A DNA stretch of 63,479 nucleotides, the filler included, from Hyphochytrium catenoides (taxonomy: Eukaryota; Protista; Hyphochytriomycota), in the NCBI GenBank assembly GCA_900088475.1. It is 9 parts of 9 records of this genome, joined end to end, with 100 filler letters (N's around TTAATTAATTAA, not from the genome) between each part and the next. Parts side by side here need not be neighbours in the genome. Positions count along the whole stretch, not along the records: positions 1 to 1,137 come from FLMG01002246.1; positions 1,238 to 17,999 come from FLMG01000433.1; 7 more parts are not named here. One strand, 5' to 3'. The stretch's first letter is position 1. Each line of letters starts with the position of its first letter. Below are positions 1-7,856 of this stretch, piece after piece. The notes beneath the pieces were generated by a model. That model was not told the DNA's origin and made no database searches. It saw nothing but the letters and a program-made list of their open reading frames with translations. The position numbers were made by a program, and so were the translations under genes.

Positions 1-884
1 CCGAGATGGTGGGCTTTGTCACTCTGGCAGTCGGAGGAACAAGAGCGAAGATGGTAGAGGCTCTCAAGAGACGATCTCTGCAGCCGCGACGGAGACTGTC
101 TCTGCACCGTCTCAGCTGTGGCTTGTATATGGCCGAGTGTTGTACCGAAAGCTATGATCTCCTAACCAAAAGTAGCTATTCTCAAGCACTAGACCTCACA
201 CATAGGTCATGTGAATTGCTGCACAGCCAAATTCTACTTGACCTATCCGATTTTATGCAAATTATGAAGGGTTGTGCCCGATTATAGGGGTTCCGCGCGC
301 TGATCTTGCCCGCTTGTGAGTCCTGTCTTTGGGTCTGCGGATCCGCATCTTCCATCAGCTTCTCTTTCTTTCTCTCTCTCATGGTCTCTGCTCACTATGT
401 AAGCCATTCCCTCACGCTGCCTCATACTCCGTTTGTTTAGCTAGCTTGCTCCTCCAACATCAGCCTCTTCTACTTGCCATTGGCCATGGACCTAGCATCA
501 GGTCTGCATGCCAGACTCTGCGATGATGGTCGCCTTTCTGATCAACACTAGTATTCTTGTTCCATGTCTGTCTCACGCTAGGGAGACAGTCGTAAGAAGG
601 TCAGGACCCGTTGATGGTGCCGCCCAGGCCCAACAGGAGACGTACAAAGTAAGAAATGTATAAGGCTAGCTATCCCCAAAGAATAGCACGAAGTATTACG
701 TCTACGAGAGAAGGAGACACCGTGGCAACGAAGCAGCAACGCCAGATTTTATTTACTGACGCTAATACTTCCTACTACTACTACTGATCTTACTAGAGAG
801 ACCTCCTTGACCTCATTCTTGGGATTAGCTCAGTGATTCTCCTCCGCTCTCCTCTGTGTCAAGCGAGCGCTTCATCAAGATCCT

Positions 885-1137
885 TTAGCACTTGCATTTA
901 CGGTACTCCCTTGCCTTCTCCTGGCGTTGCTCGTCCTGCTTATCGGCCAATTGTCTTTCCTCTTCCGTGGACTCCGGCAAGAACTCATTAGTCTGGTTTT
1001 GCTTGAACTCTGGACCAACGATGCCCAGACGGGTGCAGTATCCTGTCACCTTGTCCCAGTCCCTTTGTACATTCTCCATAGTAGGAGAGAGGTAAGGCAC
1101 AGATCTCTCGAACATCTTCTTGTTGACTGGATTGGCT
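885..1137 (-). CDS. THI5: HMP-phosphate synthase THI5/NMT1 family, C-terminal fragment (5' part lost at contig end)
   Basis: Translation ANPVNKKMFERSVPYLSPTMENVQRDWDKVTGYCTRLGIVGPEFKQNQTNEFL matches the recalled fungal THI5/NMT1 C-terminal signature (FERS.AY.S..L.NV.RDW.KVT.YG.RLG......NYTNE.L). The frame is open to the gap at 1138. Confidence 0.85.
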
Positions 1138-1237
1138 NNNNNNNNNNNNNNNNNNNNNNNNNNNNNNNNNNNNNNNNNNNNTTAATTAATTAANNNNNNN
1201 NNNNNNNNNNNNNNNNNNNNNNNNNNNNNNNNNNNNN
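1138..1237. other. Artificial contig spacer (N44-TTAATTAATTAA-N44, stops in six frames)
   Basis: The same 100-bp spacer occurs at 1138, 18000, 20169, 44922, 54223, 55398, 57634 and 59663. Confidence 0.97.
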
Positions 1238-1407
1238 AGTGACTACTGTACTACTGACAACGAACATAGTAGCACTCAACATAGTAGGACTGGTCACATT
1301 AAATGTGGGTTGTTGGGACTGCCGAGGAAGTACAAGGACAAGATGTTGAACTGTGATCGACGCTGAAACCAAAAATGTACAGCGGACGCAGAGGGGAAAA
1401 ACCCTGG

Positions 1408-1415
1408 TATATAAA
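1408..1415 (+). promoter_or_regulatory. TATA box about 30 nt upstream of the LTR tRNA-like gene
   Basis: TATATAAA at -30 relative to G1438; conserved in LTR2. Confidence 0.55.
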
Positions 1416-1437
1416 CAAAACCGAGATCAGTTAAAGA

Positions 1438-1518
1438 GTACGTTTGGTGTATGGTGCATACTGGTTAGGGTGTCGGCATCAAAGACAGAGGTCCTGGGTT
1501 CAAATCCCGGAGCGTACA
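1438..1518 (+). tRNA. tRNA-like gene (tRNA-Pro-derived, probably non-translating) inside the 5' LTR
   Basis: Acceptor stem GTACGTT/AGCGTAC plus discriminator A. A-box-like TGGTGTATGG. Variable loop AGGTC. T-arm CTGGG-TTCAAAT-CCCGG (B box GGTTCAAATCC). TT-AGG-G loop as in tRNA-Pro(AGG), followed by about 12 nt of intron-like insert. TTTT terminator at 1523-1526. D and anticodon arms are degenerate. Confidence 0.75.
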
Positions 1519-1594
1519 AAACTTTTCTCCGTTATATCCAGACACCCCCCAATATTATTTCAAAGTGCTCACCATCAAATGATAAAATCTAACA

Positions 1595-1612
1595 TGGTGT
1601 ACGCTCCGAGCG
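1595..1612 (+). promoter_or_regulatory. Primer-binding site (PBS)
   Basis: Starts with TGG directly after the LTR CA. The first 14 nt are the exact complement of CGGAGCGTACA-CCA, the 3' end of the LTR-encoded tRNA-like RNA. Confidence 0.85.
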
Positions 1613-1712
1613 ATTTAACTCGGGCAATATAGTGAGCCATTCGGTTTTGTGACCACGGATGTCCATCCACAGTTCCATTTGAATCTAGAGCTTACAGAGT
1701 TCTCTAGATTCC

Positions 1713-1719
1713 GGGGGAG
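1713..1719 (+). promoter_or_regulatory. Polypurine tract (PPT)
   Basis: GGGGGAG abuts the TG of the 3' LTR. Confidence 0.75.
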
Positions 1720-1974
1720 TGTTGAACTGTGATCGACGCTGAAACCAAAAAATGTACAGCGGACGACGCAGAGGGGAAAAACCCTGGTATATAAACAAAA
1801 CCGAGATCAGTTAAAGAGTACGTTTGGTGTATGGTGCATACTGGTTAGAGTGTCGGCATCAAAGACAGAGGTCCTGGGTTCAAATCCCAGAGCGTACAAA
1901 ACTTTTCTCCGGTATATCCAGACACCCCCCAATATTATTTCAAAGTGCTCACCATCCAATGATAAAATCAGACA
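1720..1974 (+). repeat. 3' LTR (255 bp)
   Basis: Copy of 1344-1594 with +A and +GAC insertions and six substitutions. Confidence 0.9.
1818..1898 (+). tRNA. tRNA-like gene, second copy in the 3' LTR
   Basis: Same fold as 1438-1518. T-stem is a perfect CTGGG/CCCAG. The anticodon position reads AGA instead of AGG. Confidence 0.7.
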
Positions 1975-1975
1975 C

Positions 1976-2298
1976 TGTTGGATCTGTATGGGATGATTGG
2001 ACAATGTCATTAGATCAGAGTGCTCTACTTATAAGCCCAACTGGGGTCCCATAATCTAGAGCTATTCTGACCATGCCAACTATTCCTAATAAAGTCTAAG
2101 ATATGGATTATAGAGATATCCCGGTCTGGAATAGTCAGTACTGAAGGTATTCCGGGGTACTGACCATAAGCCATAGATATAAACAGGGACATTTCGTTGG
2201 CTTCATATCTCGGCTTCTACTGGGAGTTTAGAGCTGAAACTTGGGTAGTTAAGCTTGCCAGCTTGTAGTCCACATAGCTGTGCCCTCAAACTCCAACA
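1976..2298. mobile_element. Solo LTR of a second family
   Basis: 323 bp bounded by the perfect 7-bp inverted termini TGTTGGA/TCCAACA. TATA-like motifs on both strands. Followed by CAAGA (2299-2303), identical to the 5 bp before 1344. Confidence 0.6.
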
Positions 2299-3442
2299 CA
2301 AGATGGTGTGTTATTGGTTGGCAGTAGTGATGGGTTATAGTAACCGCACAAAATAAAGTAGGTCTAGGCGCTACGTCATAACCACCCTTACCTCATAATC
2401 TACCAGACACATCGTCTGTCATCAATCAACAATTTTTTGCAAGACAAACGCCGATCTGAGCATTACGAGCTTCATGTATCTAACAGTCTCAGGTTTTTCT
2501 TACTAATACGGTTTTATTTGAGGCTGAGACAGTACCATAGCCTCTAGACCAGGAGTCTTGTCTACGAAGTAATACTACGACTGCTATTATCACCACGCGG
2601 TTGTATGAAGGAAAGAAGAAGGGGCGGGGCATTCATCATTCCTCGGAACGAAAAATTGCTTCTAGGTGAACTCAACTCACCAACCAAGACTGCGCTCCGA
2701 CCGTTGGTGCCGCAAAAGCCAGACCAGACCCCCCTCCCCGGCACGGGCATTCGGAACAGTACCATCGAGGCCCTATTAACCGTCCTCTAGAGATGGACCG
2801 AAAAACAGCGGTAGGTCAGATTGAGGTTAAAGGGGTCAAGTAGAGTCAGGACGGCGCAATGGCCCATCTGTTCTGTGTCGCGCTGAACCAATGTCTTATC
2901 TCCCTGTGAGCCTCATAACTGGTTGTTAACCCAAGGTCTCGCCGTCCTAAAGAATAATAACTTCCTTAAGGTGGCAGCGTTCCTCCTACTGCAGGAGTTT
3001 CTGGTGTGAACCGCCACACTACAGACATAAACTACCTGCTGAACTCTCGCTGCATGAGAGAGTGGATTTGGTTCAACCAATCGTGCTTGATTACGTCGAA
3101 GGTCGTGACAGGTGACCCAAATGTACCAACTCCTTCTGACAAATACAAAGGAGTCGACAGCTTCAATAACTAATAAGTCTAGAACAACTTGATTGTCAGG
3201 TTTTATATCAATCACCTCCTCCATTCTCGCAAGGACAACTGTAGGGACAGCCTAAGTTCTAACTCCAACAACTACCTAGAAGAAGAGAAAAGCCACTGAC
3301 CTACAGCTACGAAGAGCGGAAGCCCTTTCTACAGTCGTAACACAACATAAACCTGGAGGACGTATGCCCCTGACGCTTATGGTGCTGATTTAAAATGGAT
3401 GCAGCGGGGGAAAGTTAAAAAACGATGAATGGGGTGAGGCGG

Positions 3443-5339
3443 TCAAGGTCGTGTCCTCAGCAGTTTGACTTCCGTCGCCAAGTCTTTTTTAAAGTTGCCT
3501 CTCAAGAACTTGGAAAAGAATTGGCTCCTCATTAGAAGGGATTCGCCTTCCATAGATCGTCCTTGGTCCAGCATAAACTTGCCTAACATCACAGCAGAAA
3601 TCTTATAGCCGACGGTTCGTTGTAGCTATAACTCTCAGAAAGAACCCACCGAAGGTAAGGAAGAGCATCGCCGCTTCTTTGACGAAACGCGGAGTCAACT
3701 CCTCTTCTCTTCCTCTCCGAGCTAAGAGTTCAGCTTCCACTGCTGTGGCTGCGGAAATAAAGTGGGAAGTGGCTCCATCAGGATCATTCCTGTTCACGGG
3801 AGGATGAATCATGCAGCCAACAATTATTTGTTAGAGGAGTACCAAGATTGACGACGGGTCCTCAACAGAGAGAGATCAACTTCGCCCGTCCTGGTAAATG
3901 CACCTTACATCTTGTCGAGACACTGCGCGATGCGGCCTAGCAGTACAAAGCGATCTGTAACAATGTTCATGTATTCCTTGGTAGCATTATCCTGGGAGGT
4001 AGGACGAATATCCATAGCTTCATAAGCTCGAAGTGCCTAAGATCATCGGTGTAATAGCAGCAAGTGGCAGGTGAGGTGAGAAGTACTCCACGGTAGGTCA
4101 GGTTCATTACTTGCTGTAAGTATAACAGGGCTTCGGGGGAATGGTTGAGGTCTTCCTCCAAATCAGCTGCGGCAAAGGAAAGCAGAAGGTACTGGCTCGC
4201 GGCTCTCGACTGCTGAAGATTACAGCGCTCAAAGCGAGCCAGAGCCTGCAGGAGAAGAGGACCACCGTGAGGGAAGGACCACCGTGAGGGACAAGTCATC
4301 AGTAGACTAAATAATTGACAAGGAAAGTCGCGCGGAAGAAGATGGGCTCTTTTCTGACTGTGACCTCGTCGAGGAAGGCCAGCGCGCATTTCTCCCTCTG
4401 CAATCGACTTAGTAGGTCAGCTGTCTCATAAAACACCTTCCCTGACACCTCGTGGTCTTACCAAAAGGTGTAGGCGATGTCGGACATGGAGAGAAAGGTA
4501 ACGAAGACGGTGTTAGCAAGGTCGTCCAGCGCTAGCTGTTTCAGAAGGTGAGCGTAGAGATCCTCTCGCGTACCTTGAAACTCTTGCGGAGCTGCGAAGG
4601 AGGCGGCGCGGAGGTACAACTTCAGAGCACGGGGATAGTCTCCAGCCTGATCCGCGTTCTGCGCTCCCAGAAGCGCTCGAGCGATCTCCTGACCGTTAGG
4701 CCTCTTGGGTTGCCCTGAAAACTTCTGCAGTCGAATAGAGGGGACGCCCAAATCAGAATAAGGGAAGAGCAAGAGAAAAAAGTGAGACAGGAGAGGAGCT
4801 TCACGGCCGACTGGAGATACTGCGGACCTGAAAAGCAAGGAGAGCTGCGAGAGCCAGGAGAGTCCAGTAAAGGACGGAAGAAGTGTCGGAGCGCGCCCAG
4901 CTAGCGAACCGTCCTCCGTGCTCAGTAGAGAAGTGCCGCCGACAGTTAGGGAGCAGGCTGCGAGGTAGGGTGGAAGGGTTAAGAGGGAATACATACGAGT
5001 CAACCAGTTGATGTGCTGTTTCCTCCGCTGTCCGCTTCCTTACCGCCTTGGCTGGCTTCCACCGCCTCTGGTCGATCCTGTGTGCACAGCAGCAGAGGAG
5101 CTCCGACGGAGGACAAGAAGAGCTGGAAGCGACGGGTTCATCATCATTTGGCTCCGACAGAGAGGGATCTGTGAGGCTGGTCCCAGACAAGAGAGACTGG
5201 TGTGCCTGCTGCTGCCACGCAGCCGCTTGAGAAGCAGCGATGAAGGGGTGCGCTCCGAGGCCGAGGAGGTGGAAGAGAAGGAGCGCCGAACATGTGCTCT
5301 CCAGCCCAGTGTCGAGCCGCGGATGAGGTGCCGCGCCAT
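3443..5339 (-). CDS. Multi-exon TPR-like helical protein with predicted mitochondrial presequence and one TM segment (TTC19/Mgr3-like architecture)
   Basis: GT-AG exons join into one protein: MARHLIRGSTLGWRAHVRRSFSS (R/S-rich presequence) ... SVLYWTLLALAALLAFQ (TM) ... ALLGAQNADQAGDYPRALKLYLRA ... EALLYLQQALRAYE ... GKFMLDQGRSMEGESLLMRS, stop at 3443-3445. Confidence 0.55.
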
Positions 5340-5639
5340 CACCTCTCGAAGGGTGAACAGCAGAGGAAGACAAGTAGGAGCCCTGTCGATCGTGTGTTCA
5401 CTCCGCCTTCAGCTCTTCATCCCTTCGTCGTCCCTCTTCTTCCTCTCTCTCTCTCCAGCTCCACTAACAGCGCCTACGGAGCGCTAGTGATCTCAAGAGC
5501 TGCTGCAAGGGACCAGGGAGAGGAAGAGCAGCGCGAAGCGGGAGGGAGAGCAGGGAGGGCAAGAGGAGAGGGAAAAGCGCCAGATGAAGGAGGAGGAAGA
5601 AGAAAGAACACACACCCTGTAGAACTAGGATACCTCTTG

Positions 5640-6190
5640 AGCTTTTCTCCCTAAAATAAGTTCCTTTCTCACCTTTCCCTGTCTTCCTTCCTTTTTCTCT
5701 CTCCCTCTCTCTCTGCTCCTCTGTCTCTCTCTCCAGCTCTCTTTTTCTCTCTCTCTGTCTCTCTCCCCCTGTCTCTCGCTGTCTCTCTCAGTCTCCTCTG
5801 TCTCTCCCTGTCTCTCCCTGTCTCGATCTGTCTCTCTCTGTGTCTTCCCCTTCTCTCTCTCACCCTCTCTTTGCCCCCTCTCTCCTCTCTTTCTCTCTTT
5901 CTGAGATCTCTCTCTCATCTCTCTCTCGCCAGGAAGTTTCAACACCGTCCTTGTTCGAACGCTGCCGTACTAAGTGTACGGCCCCTGACTGAATAAGTCT
6001 GTAGAGCGGCCGTTAGCGGCTAGGCAGCTGCTGGCAGAAGAGAAAAAAACTCTCACTTCCTCTCTCTTCCCGTCCCTCCTCTCCTCGACCTCTCCTCTTC
6101 TCTCCTCCTCTCCTCTCTCCTCTCCTCTCGCGTCCTCTCGTCTCCTCTTCTCTCCTCCTCTCTCCTCTCCTCTCCTCTCCTCTCCTCCTT
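5640..6190. repeat. (CT)-rich simple sequence in the divergent intergenic region
   Basis: Long CT/CTC(T) tracts flank a short unique core at about 5930-6050. Confidence 0.85.
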
Positions 6191-6269
6191 GGCATCGGCC
6201 GCCATTGCCAGTTTCCAACGCGCACACGGACGGGGAGCCCACGGCCTCTGCATCTCACGAGAGGGAAGG

Positions 6270-7672
6270 ATGGGAAAGAAGCGGCGGAGGGAGGAGCCAC
6301 ATGAAGGGAAGGGAGGGTCCAGGCTAGCGGTGAAGGAGGAGCGGCCCGCCAGCGGTGCGCGTGACACTTTCCGTCTGATCTCCGAGTCCAATCCGAACCC
6401 GCGGCGAGTGGGCGCTTTCTCCAGCTCTCAGGATATTCTATTGGTCGGGGAGGGCGATTTTTCCTTCTCCCTTGCGCTGGCCATCCAGCTGGTGAGCCCC
6501 AGATTTAGAGCGAGCGAGGGAAGGAAGTGATGTGGAGCGTGAGGTGATGGGGGGAGAGAGAGTGGAAAGAAGAAGAGGTGGTGGCAGAGGAGGTACAGAG
6601 AAAGACAGAGTTGATGCTCACCCCTGACTCACTGGCCGTTGTGCAGGGCGGACGTCGGCTTTGGGCGAGCTGCTATGATTCGGAGTCTGAGCTGCTGGCG
6701 AAGTATGGGGCTGCGGGAGCTAAGAATGTTCGCTGCCTGGCGGAGACAGAGGTGACGATTGGCAGCTTATCCTATACCCGCTGGGTCTCTTACATAGATA
6801 TGTCTGGTAGTGTCGCTGTCTGTACGCTCTCTCTTCTGTTGGTGGGTCCCCTGCTGACATCTCCGTGTCCTCATCGTCTAGGCGCAGGTGCTGTACGAAG
6901 TGGATGCGCGACGCCTGGCAAGCTGCCCGGCGCTGACTGGTCGTCAGTTTGACCGGATTGCTTTCAACTTCCCGCACCTTGGCGGCTCCACGGAGGTCGC
7001 GGTAAAAGAGAACCAACGGCTTATCCGTCAGTTTTTCCGCTCTGCAGTTCCTCTGCTGGCGGGGCCATCAGGACGAATCTTGGTCACATTGAGAGACACG
7101 TCCTTCTACCGCTCCTGGGACCTTCCAACACTCGCAGAGCAGAGCGGTCTCCGTTTAGTGAGGTAGGGCTCTCTGCACTACCCGTCACGAGCATGCAGTG
7201 AACTAACCATAGTGCCTCCTCCCACGGCCGAATGATGATCACGGGTTCTCCCCTTATCTCCACTACTTGTCCTGCTCTTTTCCTCTTCCGGGCCTTCTTT
7301 TCTCCGTATAGTAAGGAGAAGTTCGACCCTACAACGTTCCCCACATATCAGCCTGTGCGCACCGACCCCGCCTTTAGAGAGGCGCCCAGCACAGATGACG
7401 CCGTTGTCTACAGCTTTGGCCTAGATGCAAAACAGCCATCTCACGGTGCCAAGAAGGAGGCAGATTCCTTTCCAAGAGCGAAAATGCACGAGGAAGGCAA
7501 GGAGGCCAAGCAGCCTCCTGGTCAACCGCCTTTCAAGACTCCTCAGCCAAGCAAAGAGGCACTTCGCTGCCTTCCCTGTGGCCAGAGCTTCGCTTCTGAG
7601 AAGAAGTATAAGGGCCACATCAACTCTAGGAAGCACGCACAAAGGCTCCGACAGCAGAGAGGAAAGAAGTAG
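6270..7672 (+). CDS. BMT5: DUF2431 / BMT5-like 25S rRNA uridine-N3 methyltransferase with C-terminal C2H2 (matrin/U1-like) zinc finger; 4 exons
   Basis: Motifs ILLVGEGDFSFSLAL, SCYDSESELLAKY, VDARRL, FDRIAFNFPHLGG, NQRLIRQFFRSA, YRSWDL. C-terminal CLPCGQSFASEKKYKGHINSRKH. Three GT-AG introns. Confidence 0.8.
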
Positions 7673-7856
7673 CAGAAATCAGGGCCAAAGGATTTTGAGA
7701 GGAAGGTTAAGGGAACGACGATGGTTTGAGTCTTGATTACTAGGTTACAGGCAGGAGAGACAAAGCTCCCTGTGACTAAAGATTCGAGCTGTTGGCCACG
7801 CCAGGAGAGGAGCTGGTATTGAGACTTCAGGAGGCGGATGGCTATTCCTGTTTCTA

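Larger units (their letters stand above)
1344..1594 (+). repeat. 5' LTR (251 bp)
   Basis: TG...CA termini with TGTT/AACA inverted ends; direct repeat of 1720-1974. Confidence 0.9.
1344..1974 (+). mobile_element. Non-autonomous LTR retrotransposon in miniature (TRIM) with a tRNA-like gene in each LTR
   Basis: Two near-identical direct repeats: 1344-1594 (TGTTG...TAACA) and 1720-1974 (TGTTG...AGACA). PBS TGGTGTACGCTCCGAG starts immediately after LTR1 (1595). Polypurine tract GGGGGAG lies immediately before LTR2 (1713-1719). The internal part is 125 bp and non-coding. Confidence 0.9.

Noticed and set aside
1-884. TPP riboswitch associated with THI5/NMT1
   Set aside because: A GCTGAGA is present on the minus strand near 110, but the following ATACC and CTGAT/TAATG core elements are absent. 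Fungal NMT1 riboswitches are usually in the 5' region, which is missing here.
1182-1193. TTAATTAATTAA repeated eight times as a possible biological repeat or CRISPR-like unit
   Set aside because: Always centred in exactly 44+44 Ns; it is a six-frame-stop scaffolding spacer.
1438-1898. Pair of ordinary functional tRNA genes, or a UCA opal suppressor
   Set aside because: The anticodon stem and D-loop are defective, the anticodon position differs between copies, and the context is an LTR. The TCA reading lacks U33 and a proper stem.
1353-2054. Short duplicated ORFs (MVYGAYWL...)
   Set aside because: They are incidental translations of the LTR/tRNA repeat.
2304-3300. ORFs 2562-2790 and 2913-3224 as a gene or viral remnant
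   Set aside because: No recognisable motifs and no consistent splice model.
4259-4292. 17-bp tandem duplication GGACCACCGTGAGGGA
   Set aside because: Two-copy slippage duplication in an intron; no spacer structure.
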